The notes under the pieces: model-generated
Seen by the model: the letters and a program-made list of their open reading frames with translations, nothing else
Told to the model about the DNA's origin: nothing
Database searches by the model: none
Assembly: GCA_965261115.1 (NCBI GenBank)
Contig: OZ253447.1
Location: 1,977,656 to 2,041,655, forward strand
From: Candidatus Poribacteria bacterium
GTDB taxonomy: Bacteria; Poribacteria; WGA-4E; WGA-3G
DNA: 64,000 bases
Direction: 5' to 3'
Translations under genes and position numbers: made by a program
Part shown: in pieces, positions 27,830 through 37,809 of the stretch
Layout: the number at the start of each line of letters is the position of its first letter
Numbering within the stretch: the first letter of the stretch is position 1

Positions 27830-30325
27830 GTGAAATTAAAATTGATTACTTTTCTATTTGTGTTCATGGCACCTTTTTCTGTCCTATCCCAAACAGGCGA
27901 CATCCAAGGAACGGTCTATCAGCGCAGCACTGGAAAACCGCTTGCAGGCGCCGATGTCCGAATTACCGAAACAGAACAAACCCAAAAAACCGATGAAAAC
28001 GGCATCTTCCAATTCACAGAACTCCCCGAAGGCACATACACTCTCGTTGTCACCCATCCCACTGAAACGGCACCCACAGCAGTCTCCGTTGAGATTAGCA
28101 GCGGGGATACAACGGAAATCAAAATTTACTTAGGTGAAGCCGTAAAATTGGAAACAATTGTTGTAGAAGGAAAACGTCTACCGCCAACGATCAGTCGCAC
28201 CGAAATCCGCGGCAGCGAACTCCTACGAATTCCGGGTACCGCCAACGACGCACTCAAAGGACTAACAACCCTCCCAAGCATCGGCATTCCAAACGATTAT
28301 TTCGGCGTGCTTTACATCCGTGGCAGTGAACCCGGATCCAACCTTTACTATCTCGACCGGACACCGCTCGGATACCCGTTTCATTGGGGCGGCCTCCTGT
28401 CAACCATCAGTTCAGAAACCATTGAGGAGATCGACATCTATGCCGGTGGATACGGCGCCGAATTCGGATTAGATTCGCAAGCCGTACTTGACATCCACGC
28501 ACGCGACAGCCTTGATGAGCGACTCAGCGGAAAATTTAACCTGAATATCCTCTATTCCGAAGGGCTGCTTGAAACCAAAATCGGTGATAAAAACTACTTT
28601 TCTATCTCTGGACGACGCAGCTACTTAGACCTCATCGTTGGCCCGATCATTGAAACACAGACAGGACAAGAACAACAATTTCCCTACTTTTCAGATTATC
28701 AACTCAAATTTGCCCGCCCGCTCGGTGAAAAACATCACCTCACCCTCAACGCCCTCGCTGCAACCGACCATTTTAAAATTGTGGAAGAAACAGGGGACAG
28801 GAACTTGCCAGAAACACCGTCCACTGCCCTATTCAAAAACGGTTTTAATGGGCAAGGCATCCATCTCCGTTCAGACTTCACCGAAAATCTGACTTCACAT
28901 CTATCGCTCACCCGTGCCTTCAATTTCCTCACGATCAATTTTAAAGGCGTCGTCTCCGAGTCCCACACACTGACACCTGAAGGCGAATGGGTGTTAGACG
29001 AAGTAGACTACGCCCACTACGACGTAAATGTAAAAGTACCCGTCTACACATTTCGGGAGGATATATCCTATAAACTCACGCCGACCTTTCAACTTGAACC
29101 CGGTTTCCTCTTTTCATTTAGTCCCGCAAACAGTTTTGAGGACGGCAGGTTTCCAGAATATGAAACAAGCGCGGAAGAGGTAACAAGGGAACTTATTAAT
29201 GAAGATGGCGAGGTCGTCGGAGAGAGGACGGCTGTTGAATCGCAAACGCGACTAACGGGTATGGAGGAGATACACGATGAATTCGGACACGATTTTTATC
29301 GCACCGAGGGTTACCTACAAGGCCGCTATGATCCGCTTGCGTTCCTATCCGTAGCACTCGGTATTCGGCTCGATTATCTGAATGTAACAGAGCAACTCTC
29401 TATTCAACCGCGTGGGAGCGTAAGTCTCCAGCTGCCCAGTGGTTCTAACCTCCGTTTCGCGTATGGACACTACGAGCAGAGTCCGCTACCGTATCAGTTG
29501 CTCGCGGACGACGGCAACCGTGGTTTGGAATCGAGCCTCACACGCCACTATATCATGGAACTTGAACATGAACTTTCATCGCGAACGGAGCTCAAATTCG
29601 CCACCTATTACAAAGGGTCTCAGAAATTGGTAACAACCAAATCTTCACTATCTTCACTGTATGAAGAGTCCGGTGAAGACGTCCGATCCCTTTCGCTCGC
29701 GCCACAGGTCCGAGCACTTTCGCTCGCGCCATTCGATGAGCTCCCAAACTATCTCACTGAAGGTATGGGGTATGTTGTAGGAGCGGAGGCATTTCTGCGA
29801 CATCGAATTCCGGATAAGTTCTTCGGTTGGATCTCGTATGCCTATACGCACGCCGAGCGGCGCGAGCATATATTATATGCCTATCAACCTTATCTATTTG
29901 ATAACACACACATCCTTAGCCTCGTCGCCAACTACACCTTCACCCCCAATTTCGAGATCGGTGGGAAGTGGCAGTATTTAAGCGGGACCTCCGAGGTACC
30001 TATCAGTGCCGTCGCCCTGATTCAAGACCCCGTCACACGTGGCTTAAACCCGCTTTTGGCGAGTGCTGACGAACAATTAAGTACCGAACTCGCGCCTTAT
30101 CACAAATTAGATATCCGGATAAGTTATAAATGGAATGTCAAAGGCATGAAAATAGGTGGATTCATTGAAATCCTGAATGTATACAACCGCAAAAATACTA
30201 TAAAATTCATTTTTGAAGAAGCAACACTTGAGGTTCAAGGCGAGGCAGTCGAGATTGAACGTGATGTCTTCGACGCACCCCAATTCCCTCGAATCCCCTA
30301 CTTCGGACTAACGCTCGAATTTTAA
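27830..30325 (+). CDS. TonB-dependent receptor with N-terminal carboxypeptidase-regulatory-like domain
   Basis: Signal peptide; GDIQGTV...PLAGADV; plug IRGS...NLYYLD...IEEIDIYAGGYGAEFG; NVYNRKN; terminal F. Confidence 0.9.
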   Translation: MKLKLITFLFVFMAPFSVLSQTGDIQGTVYQRSTGKPLAGADVRITETEQTQKTDENGIFQFTELPEGTYTLVVTHPTETAPTAVSVEISSGDTTEIKIYLGEAVKLETIVVEGKRLPPTISRTEIRGSELLRIPGTANDALKGLTTLPSIGIPNDYFGVLYIRGSEPGSNLYYLDRTPLGYPFHWGGLLSTISSETIEEIDIYAGGYGAEFGLDSQAVLDIHARDSLDERLSGKFNLNILYSEGLLETKIGDKNYFSISGRRSYLDLIVGPIIETQTGQEQQFPYFSDYQLKFARPLGEKHHLTLNALAATDHFKIVEETGDRNLPETPSTALFKNGFNGQGIHLRSDFTENLTSHLSLTRAFNFLTINFKGVVSESHTLTPEGEWVLDEVDYAHYDVNVKVPVYTFREDISYKLTPTFQLEPGFLFSFSPANSFEDGRFPEYETSAEEVTRELINEDGEVVGERTAVESQTRLTGMEEIHDEFGHDFYRTEGYLQGRYDPLAFLSVALGIRLDYLNVTEQLSIQPRGSVSLQLPSGSNLRFAYGHYEQSPLPYQLLADDGNRGLESSLTRHYIMELEHELSSRTELKFATYYKGSQKLVTTKSSLSSLYEESGEDVRSLSLAPQVRALSLAPFDELPNYLTEGMGYVVGAEAFLRHRIPDKFFGWISYAYTHAERREHILYAYQPYLFDNTHILSLVANYTFTPNFEIGGKWQYLSGTSEVPISAVALIQDPVTRGLNPLLASADEQLSTELAPYHKLDIRISYKWNVKGMKIGGFIEILNVYNRKNTIKFIFEEATLEVQGEAVEIERDVFDAPQFPRIPYFGLTLEF

Positions 30326-30381
30326 TTTGTAGAATAGGCTGTTAGTCCCCAGGCCCGGTAGGTGCGGTTTGGAACCGCACC

Positions 30382-30615
30382 ATAAGCGTCAATTTAAGAA
30401 AAAATAACCGCCTCAGACCCAGGCCCGGTAGGTTCGGTTTCCTAACCGAACCGGATCCTACGCGGAAACCTTGAAAACTTCAAAAACCTCTTGAATCCCG
30501 TAGGGATGGTATGTTTATAGCAGCGTTTTCAAGCAAAACCCCAAGCCCCGTAGGGGCGGTATGTTTATATCGGTGTTACAAAATACCATGAAACAATCCC
30601 TAAATTGACACCTAT
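30382..30615. mobile_element. MITE family 1
   Basis: ATAAGCGTCAATTTA...TAAATTGACACCTAT with 21-bp REP duplication. Confidence 0.8.
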
Positions 30616-30797
30616 GGTGCGGTTTGGAACCGCACCGGGTCTTAGGTAGTCCCCAGGCCCGGTAGGTGCGGTTTGGAACCGCACCGGGTCTTAGGCACAA
30701 ACACTGTGGTAACCTCATTGGATATTTTACGAAATTACCGAATTAAAAAATTAATCTTCAGCAAACCCCGTCAGCAGTGCGTCCCCCAATCCGAGGT

Positions 30798-30826
30798 TTG
30801 CCATTTATAAAATATTCTGATATAAT
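30798..30826 (+). promoter_or_regulatory. Putative sigma-70 promoter for the lipoprotein cluster
   Basis: TTGCCA-N17-TATAAT with TGn extension. Confidence 0.55.
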
Positions 30827-30942
30827 AAGACTGTAGCAGGAAGTAGACCTCCTGCACATCGGGGGTTAAAACTACCTCTCAAAGTCCCCCTGATAAGGGG
30901 GATTTAGGGGGTTAAAACTTCCATCCAACAAGGAAAATACCT

Positions 30943-31572
30943 ATGAAAATCTTGGTAACCTTTAGTATCTCCGTCCTGATATTCACGGGCTGCACAACTG
31001 TTGAGTCCCAAAAGATGCGGGCAGAACGCGATCAACTGCTCAAAAATTACGAAGACCTCCGCGAAGAGAACAGTGAGTTGAAGATAAAAGATCGTATCAC
31101 CGATACACTTCTCGGGAAGTGGAGATTCCTAAATCTTGAAATGGCGGAAAGCGGTATCACCCAAGAAGTCGCCGAAGCCAAAGCCGCACTTTACGCTCTT
31201 GAACTAAAAAATCTCACACTCGAATTCTTTCAGGAGCGCGACATTTATTATTACCGAGGTAAAAAAGGGGGCACAGATGTCTTCGGTCAATGGACTGTTA
31301 TCACTATCCGATACGGTGATGAACCCTTCCCGTTCATCCGGTTCATCAGACGCACCGGGCCAGAGATGGAGAAACTCCTTTTCGCAGCAAGTGCGGATGG
31401 CAGGGCACTCGGATTGTCAAGCGCGCCTGGACTCGACACAGCGAGGGATGTGAGTATCTCCGTTACGCCTGACAGGCTATATCTCACAATGCACGGCAAA
31501 ATGCAATCAGGTCCGGCGGGTTGGGTACAGAGTGGTGGTGTGCGCTGTTATTTTGAGAGGATTGAAAAATGA
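30943..31572 (+). CDS. Lipoprotein paralogue 1 (possible lipocalin-like barrel)
   Basis: Lipobox FTG-C; LLGKWRF; C-terminal GWVQSGGVRCYFERI. Confidence 0.75.
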   Translation: MKILVTFSISVLIFTGCTTVESQKMRAERDQLLKNYEDLREENSELKIKDRITDTLLGKWRFLNLEMAESGITQEVAEAKAALYALELKNLTLEFFQERDIYYYRGKKGGTDVFGQWTVITIRYGDEPFPFIRFIRRTGPEMEKLLFAASADGRALGLSSAPGLDTARDVSISVTPDRLYLTMHGKMQSGPAGWVQSGGVRCYFERIEK

Positions 31573-32174
31573 AAATATTAACTGCCTTTAGCCTAATAAT
31601 ACTGACGGTTTTCGCAGGTTGCACCTCGGCGGAATACCAGCAGATGCAGAACGAACGGGAAAGACTTCGCACCGCGTACGAAGAAGCCCGAATAAAAAAC
31701 GACAGACGGATCGTTAAGAACACGCTCGATCAGGACATACTGGGGACATGGCAGTTCCTTGACATAGAAGTATTAGAAAGCGATTTGAGCAATGAAATCG
31801 CGTCAGCAGCCGCTGCACTTGCCAAGACCCGTCGTAAAAACCTAACCATCCGCTTTTTTGAACAGAACGGCATCCGTTTTTACGAAGGTGAAAACGGCAG
31901 TATTAAAGTCTCCGGTGAATTTGCTGTCAAAGTTGATCGTATCGCTGAGGTTTTGTATAGTAAAATTCACTTAGCTCAGGGTTCAGGCATTACCCCTGGC
32001 GAGTTCTTATTCAATAACGCGAAGGCATTCAGTGGTTCCCCAGGTGCATCCAACGTCTTAATTTCCGTGGAGGACGATCAACTCTACCTGACACTGGGAG
32101 CCGGTGCATCACTCACAGTTGAAGGGTGGGCACAGAGCGACGGCATCAGATATTCCTTCAAACGGGTGAAATGA
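31569..32174 (+). CDS. Lipoprotein paralogue 2
   Basis: Lipobox FAG-C; ILGTWQF; GWAQSDGIRYSFKRV. Confidence 0.75.
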   Translation: MKILTAFSLIILTVFAGCTSAEYQQMQNERERLRTAYEEARIKNDRRIVKNTLDQDILGTWQFLDIEVLESDLSNEIASAAAALAKTRRKNLTIRFFEQNGIRFYEGENGSIKVSGEFAVKVDRIAEVLYSKIHLAQGSGITPGEFLFNNAKAFSGSPGASNVLISVEDDQLYLTLGAGASLTVEGWAQSDGIRYSFKRVK

Positions 32175-32198
32175 AAATAGAACTTACACGCTGCTTCT

Positions 32199-32380
32199 GA
32201 AAGTCCCCCTGATAAGGGGGATTTAGGGGGTTTTCTGAAAGTCCCCTGATAAGGGGGATTTAGGGGGTTTTCTGAAAGTCCCCTGATAAGGGGGATTTAG
32301 GGGGTTTTCTGAAGTCCCCCTGATAAGGGGGATTTAGGGGGTTTTCTGAAGTCCCCCTGATAAGGGGGATTTAGGGGGTT
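32199..32380. repeat. Five tandem copies of the AAGTCCCCCTGATAAGGGGGATTTAGGGGGT hairpin repeat
   Basis: ~37-bp period, no unique spacers. Confidence 0.9.
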
Positions 32381-32453
32381 TTACGAAAAATCCTTAAATT
32401 CACACCTATGACTGTCAAGGCACTTGAACAGACTCATATTAAGGAAGGGAAAC

Positions 32454-33338
32454 ATGAAACTGTTAACACTGCTCACTATCTTCGTGTTAGTGTTTATAGG
32501 TTGTACCAACTTGCTGCACCAAGAATTACAGCCGGAACGCAAAAGTTCAATCGACAATTACGAAGATACGCGTATAAAATACGAGCCAGAAAAAGTCAAA
32601 AGTGAGATAAAGGCACAGTTGGTCGGCAAATGGCAATTTATGGGCATAGAAGTAGAAAAAGGGACTATCAACGCACAAGTGGCAGACGCAACATTAGAAA
32701 GGGACCAAACAGCCTCGCCTTCTGATACAAGCACACAAACGCCAACGGCACTTGAATCACCCCAGTCTAACACGGATGAGCGGATGTCTGAAAGCGATGA
32801 GGTACAATTACCGCCGATCACAGTCCACGGGACCAAAGACAACGCAAAGATAGCCGCGGCGAAAGCTGCCTTACTCACCGCCAACCGTAAAAATCTAACG
32901 CTTGAGTTTTTTGAGGAGCGTACTTCCTACTATTACCGTGGCGGCAACCGCGGCAGGAATGTCACAGGACAAATTAGCGTCATCACCTCGCGATTTGGGG
33001 ATACACCATTGCCGTTTGTCCAGTTCAGACGGCGTACGGGACCGAAAATGCTCGAGTTTCTGTTTAGTTCCGATCCTGCAAGACGTGCATCCGCCAGAAG
33101 GAAGCAAGCGTATGCCGAAAATATGCAGAGAGTTGAAGGAAAAAATTTTGTAAATACCAGTGGAAAACGTGGCGAGAAAGCCTCCCCAAGATCGGTTTCC
33201 TACAGACCAATTTCAGCAATCGGGATTGAGGTGACGGACGACCGGCTTTATCTGATTCTACATGGAGATATGGAGTTAACCCCCAAAGGTTGGACGCGAA
33301 CCGGTGGTTTGCGATGCACCTTTAAACGCATCAAATAA
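32454..33338 (+). CDS. Lipoprotein paralogue 3
   Basis: ATG 32454 after AAGGAAGG; lipobox FIG-C; LVGKWQF; GWTRTGGLRCTFKRI. Confidence 0.75.
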   Translation: MKLLTLLTIFVLVFIGCTNLLHQELQPERKSSIDNYEDTRIKYEPEKVKSEIKAQLVGKWQFMGIEVEKGTINAQVADATLERDQTASPSDTSTQTPTALESPQSNTDERMSESDEVQLPPITVHGTKDNAKIAAAKAALLTANRKNLTLEFFEERTSYYYRGGNRGRNVTGQISVITSRFGDTPLPFVQFRRRTGPKMLEFLFSSDPARRASARRKQAYAENMQRVEGKNFVNTSGKRGEKASPRSVSYRPISAIGIEVTDDRLYLILHGDMELTPKGWTRTGGLRCTFKRIK

Positions 33339-33522
33339 ACAGGGATTTTGTTGCAAGGTTAGCATTCGCTTTATAGTAAGAGCGGAAAATAAGTTTACCG
33401 TTGTAGCATAGGAGATCGTTGGTTTCCTGTGCCATCGGGACACAAAACTTCACAGCTCACACGACAATGCGAGTGTATAGGTAATTACGGAATCTACTGT
33501 AGAATAGAGGAGAAAATCAAAA

Positions 33523-34431
33523 ATGAAAATGTTAATAGTATTGGGCATTATGGCAATAGTCTTCACGAGTTGTGCGATCTTTACACCGCAAGAGACGCAG
33601 GAGGAACGACGGCGTTTGCTCGCGATGCGTGACGCTGTACGCGAGCGGCAGAACCCAGAAAGACTTAAAGATGCTATAAAGGATCTTCTCGTCGGTAAGT
33701 GGCAGTATGTCGAATTGGAGGTCGAAGAAGGGAGCGTTAACGCGCAGCGGAAAAAACCAGTGTCGCAGCAAGTAATGGACTCGCTAAATAGCGTCGTAGC
33801 GAAACTGCCTAAGAGTGTCCCGGATAAACAAGCGACAGCACCAAACACCGCTACACCAGAAAAAGGCAAACAGAACTCGGAGGTGAAGACGCCACCAGAA
33901 GGGGCAACGCGCCTACCGCCTATTGAAGTTACAGATGAGAAATCGAATCAACAGATATTAGGTGCGAAAGCCGCACTCGTTGCATCTACCCGCAAAAATC
34001 TCGTCCTTGAATTTTCAGAGGATCGGAGTTCATACTATTACAGCGGTAGCAATCGCGGCACGAACGCCACCGGACAGTGTTATATTACCACCAAGCGATA
34101 CGGAGATGATTCACTGCCGTTTATCCGTTTTAATCGGCGGACGGGACCAGAGTTGCTCGAATTCCTTTTCGGTGCCGAACCCGTAAAACAGATAGCTGCA
34201 AAGGAAAAACAGAAGCGCGCCCAGATGATACAGAGCAGAAAAATGGGAATACAAGGCGCACGGCGCGCTGCCGCAAAACGGAGCGGCTTCTTAATCGCTT
34301 CAATGGCAGGGATTACGGTCACAGATGATACACTCTCTTTAGTGCTCTACGGGGATATGCAATTAACACCGAGAGGTTGGATGCGAACCGGTGGATTGAG
34401 ATGCACGTTCAAAAGGATTGAATCAGAATGA
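33523..34431 (+). CDS. Lipoprotein paralogue 4
   Basis: Lipobox FTS-C; LVGKWQY; GWMRTGGLRCTFKRI. Confidence 0.75.
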   Translation: MKMLIVLGIMAIVFTSCAIFTPQETQEERRRLLAMRDAVRERQNPERLKDAIKDLLVGKWQYVELEVEEGSVNAQRKKPVSQQVMDSLNSVVAKLPKSVPDKQATAPNTATPEKGKQNSEVKTPPEGATRLPPIEVTDEKSNQQILGAKAALVASTRKNLVLEFSEDRSSYYYSGSNRGTNATGQCYITTKRYGDDSLPFIRFNRRTGPELLEFLFGAEPVKQIAAKEKQKRAQMIQSRKMGIQGARRAAAKRSGFLIASMAGITVTDDTLSLVLYGDMQLTPRGWMRTGGLRCTFKRIESE

Positions 34432-34928
34432 AAAACATCCGCTTTTTTGTTTTTTTATCCCTCGGTTTCGGACTGGTGTTGAGTCCAGCACTGCAGATTT
34501 CGGCACAAGCACCGAAAACCGCAAAAATCGCATTCTCATCGAATCGAGATGGCAATTGGGAAATTTATCTGATGAATCCGGATGGGAGTCAGCAAGAACG
34601 ACTGACCCGAAATAACGCATTGGATCACAGTCCTGTTTGGTCACCAACAGGAGAACAAATTCTTTTCACTTCCGATCGGGACGGGTTCAGGGATCTCTAT
34701 GTCATGGATGCCGACGGTAGCCGCACCCGGCGAGTTTTTAGGAAGGCAGCACGTCGAGTGGAATCGACTCGGTCCCCAGACGGCGAGCGGATAGCCTTTC
34801 ATTCCGAAACACCGCAATGGAGCATCCAAACGGCTACGATACACGGCGAAGATGTCAAGCAGGTCGCATTGGCAGAATCGCATGGTGGCAACCCTTCCTG
34901 GTCGGCAAATGGAAACGAGATAGCCTTC
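34428..34928 (+). pseudogene. Truncated TolB-like PD40 protein (5' half only)
   Basis: Signal peptide, KIAFSSNRDGNWEIY, PVWSP...; homology stops at PSWSANGNEIAF, after which the ORF reads the antisense of hrpB. Confidence 0.75.
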
Positions 34929-35414
34929 AAACCGGGCGAGGGGTCGCGCTGCTATCGTCGCAGACATGATAATAAGCCTCGCGTCGCGTCGCTTCTTTCG
35001 GCAGATAGCGAGAAAAAGATCCGACTCTACACCCCGCTCGTGGAATTCGTCCAAGATGATAGTGCCATACTGATCCAATTCCGGTCCCGCGGCATATCGT
35101 AAGGCAACCCCGGGCGTAACGAAACGGATGCGGGTTAAAGTATCCGAACTCACATCCTCAAAACGCACCGTATAACCGACGGAGTGTCCCAACGGTTCGC
35201 CGCGTTGTTGTGCCACCCATCGTGCGAGTGAACGGCAGGCAACGCGCCGCGGTTCCACGACCAGCACGGGGGCATCTGATAGCGCAGCACACCAAGGCGG
35301 AATTTGTGTCGATTTTCCGCTACCAGTCGGTGCCACAACCACCACCGGACCCGTTGCGATCGCCTCGTGAAATGTCGCCTTTAGTTCTGTGATTGGAAGC
35401 TCTGTTTCGTTCAT
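34926..35414 (-). pseudogene. hrpB: Truncated HrpB-like DEAH helicase (first RecA domain only)
   Basis: APTGSGKST, EPRRVA, VGYTVRFE, LDEFHER and MSAT present; no motifs IV-VI; ORF runs on into the antisense of the TolB-like gene. Confidence 0.8.
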
Positions 35415-35462
35415 AGTGGCTATTATAGCCTATAGCGGCTTTGGTATCAAGAGCGGAGTCGC

Positions 35463-35594
35463 CAGAGCTATTTAGTTCTCGGTTTTTTCGTCCAATTTTG
35501 GACCCCCAGGACCGGTAGGTGCGTGTTTCTAACCGCACCGGATTTGTAACAGAAAGCATAAAACCCGCGAATTTCTTAAAACTAAATAGTCTTG
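35463..35594. mobile_element. MITE family 3 (TIR CAGGGCTATTTAGTT, ISAs1-like ends)
   Basis: CAGAGCTATTTAGTT...AACTAAATAGTCTTG; flanks CGGAGTCGC/GGGAGTCGC. Confidence 0.7.
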
Positions 35595-35612
35595 GGGAGT
35601 CGCCAAACACTC

Positions 35613-35641
35613 TTGACATTTCCCCACGTTTCTGATATTAT
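35613..35641 (+). promoter_or_regulatory. Putative sigma-70 promoter
   Basis: TTGACA-N17-TATTAT with TGn extension. Confidence 0.5.
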
Positions 35642-35679
35642 AACCACTATATCTATCAACACACATTTGAAGGTAAATT

Positions 35680-37725
35680 ATGTTGTACCTAAATTTTATG
35701 AAACAAGCACGGACAAAAAAAACACAAAAAACGCACCTCTTGTTTGTATTGACAACGTTAGTCGGATTGTTATTCTACCAAAGCTTTGCCTATAGTCAGC
35801 AATATGTCATCGTTGACAGCGAAAACGGCGATAGGTTCACCGGTATTTGGCGCGATGGCACTGAAACGCACTTTGAAATTGAATACCAAGGACAAATTTT
35901 AAGACTCCCCTTGATGGGACATACGCTTAGCTTTACATCGGATATAGCAAATGTACCGGATCGAACCGCTGCGAAGTATTATCGCAATGGACTGGCACTG
36001 CTGGAGTTAGGACTCCCTGACTTAGCACAACAGCGGTTTGGAGCCGCGCTTGAAGAGTTTCCAAGATATCCGGCTGCGCATTATCAACTCGGCTTACTTC
36101 ACAAAGCAAATGGCGATAACGCAAATGCCTTGGAACGCTTCCGTTCTGTAGCGATCCTTGATGCAGCGAATTTTGACTTGGTGCCACATTTTCGAGAGCT
36201 TGGGGATACTGCCCTCGCCAACGAGGCTTATCCGGAAGCCGTAGATAACTATCAACTCATCCTAACGTATTACCCAGAGCACGAATCCGTACCGGGGTTA
36301 AGTTACATCACCGGATTCCTACTCGTTGAGCAACTGGGGAATGATGATGCCGGATTGGTGCTTCTCGAATCGGCGAGGCAGCAGTACCCGAACATGTCGT
36401 CGCATGAAAAAGCGTTTTTCCTCATCGGAAAACTACAAGCAAAAACCGGTCAGTTGGAAACCGCACTCTATACTTTGCAAGGGTTTATCATGCGTTATCC
36501 AATGAGCGAGTGGGTTTATGAAGCACGTCTCGTACGCGCTGAAGTCAACTTGAAATTGGGGAGAACGGCTGAAGCCGGTGATGAAGCAGCCCAAGTTCTC
36601 AATGTGAGTGTAGATGAAACGATAAGGGAACGCGCAAAACAGATTCTGGATCAGACCCGATGGACTGTCTACACCAAGGCAGATGAGCTCCCTGACAACC
36701 ATATTCAAGCCATCGCTGCCGATGGGACACGCTTATGGGTGGGTACGCCGAACGGCGTGATGCTATTTGAGACGAATTTCAATAACTGGATACCAATTGA
36801 TGAGATGCCGCAGCTAATTAACAACGCTACGGAAGAAATTCCAGACGTGAGAGCTATCGCGGCAAACGCGAAAGAGGTATGGGTCGGCACCCGTTCTCAA
36901 GGGGCAATCCATTACAACAAACTAACCGGCGAAATTCAGACGTATCCGCCTGTTGATGGATTCCCCGCTTGGGTGAAGGACATCAAGATGGATGATACGG
37001 ATATTTGGTTCGCTACAGATAGCGGCGTTGTCCGTAAAATGCGGGACACTCTCGATCCACCCCTTGTTTACAACAGACGACAAAGTTTCATCCCCGCAGA
37101 TAACATCGAGACCTTGTTGCTAACGCCTACGACGCTTTGGGGCGCGTCCGCAGACGGAGACATCGTAACCTTTGACAGGGAAACCGATGAATGGGATTCC
37201 TATCGTTTTATTGACATCGAGGAAGGCACGACAATCGTCGGATTTGATACCGCTGAAGATCAGATGCTTTTTACATGGTATAACGCCACTGAAAAAACTA
37301 ACGGTTATTTTCGCGCAGATTTGGATGGACTGAACGGAAAATCAACGACTATTGACATAGGGGTAGAGGATGAGAACGACCTAAAGAGTATTTACATCAG
37401 AGGAATTTTGGACAAGTCACCCATAGTCCCAAATGAGAATGAGACGGGGACTGTGGAAACACCGGATCCGCCGACATCCGAATTTTCGCCGGAAACGGAA
37501 TTGGTAGCAGAAGAAGTACCACCATCGCCACCGCCTACGCCTTTAGTACTCTGGATAGCGACGAACGGTTCTTTTTACACATATCATACGCGGCCTGATG
37601 AATGGGAAAATATAACAACCCCGCAAATCGTATCGGGGGACTTAATAATACACGCGCTCATCGTAGCGAACGACAGAATATGGATAGCGACGAACAACGG
37701 ATTAGCAACTACAGACATCCGATGA
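35680..37725 (+). CDS. Exported TPR-repeat protein with C-terminal beta-propeller
   Basis: Signal-like segment; TPR motifs (AHYQLGLL); propeller blades LWVGTPNG, VWVGTRSQG, IWFATDSG, IWIATNNG. Confidence 0.8.
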   Translation: MLYLNFMKQARTKKTQKTHLLFVLTTLVGLLFYQSFAYSQQYVIVDSENGDRFTGIWRDGTETHFEIEYQGQILRLPLMGHTLSFTSDIANVPDRTAAKYYRNGLALLELGLPDLAQQRFGAALEEFPRYPAAHYQLGLLHKANGDNANALERFRSVAILDAANFDLVPHFRELGDTALANEAYPEAVDNYQLILTYYPEHESVPGLSYITGFLLVEQLGNDDAGLVLLESARQQYPNMSSHEKAFFLIGKLQAKTGQLETALYTLQGFIMRYPMSEWVYEARLVRAEVNLKLGRTAEAGDEAAQVLNVSVDETIRERAKQILDQTRWTVYTKADELPDNHIQAIAADGTRLWVGTPNGVMLFETNFNNWIPIDEMPQLINNATEEIPDVRAIAANAKEVWVGTRSQGAIHYNKLTGEIQTYPPVDGFPAWVKDIKMDDTDIWFATDSGVVRKMRDTLDPPLVYNRRQSFIPADNIETLLLTPTTLWGASADGDIVTFDRETDEWDSYRFIDIEEGTTIVGFDTAEDQMLFTWYNATEKTNGYFRADLDGLNGKSTTIDIGVEDENDLKSIYIRGILDKSPIVPNENETGTVETPDPPTSEFSPETELVAEEVPPSPPPTPLVLWIATNGSFYTYHTRPDEWENITTPQIVSGDLIIHALIVANDRIWIATNNGLATTDIR

Positions 37726-37809
37726 GATGTATTCGGAGTAAGACTTACGCATCACCTTTTAAAGTCCCCCTGATAAGGGGGATTTAGGGGGTTTAAACAT
37801 CTGAAAACC

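Noticed and set aside
32199-32380. ~37-bp palindromic repeats as a CRISPR array
   Set aside because: Units abut with only a few constant bases; the same unit is dispersed singly across the window.
34641-35102. Genuine overlapping antisense gene pair
   Set aside because: The overlap arises from read-through past a truncation junction; neither extension shows family motifs.
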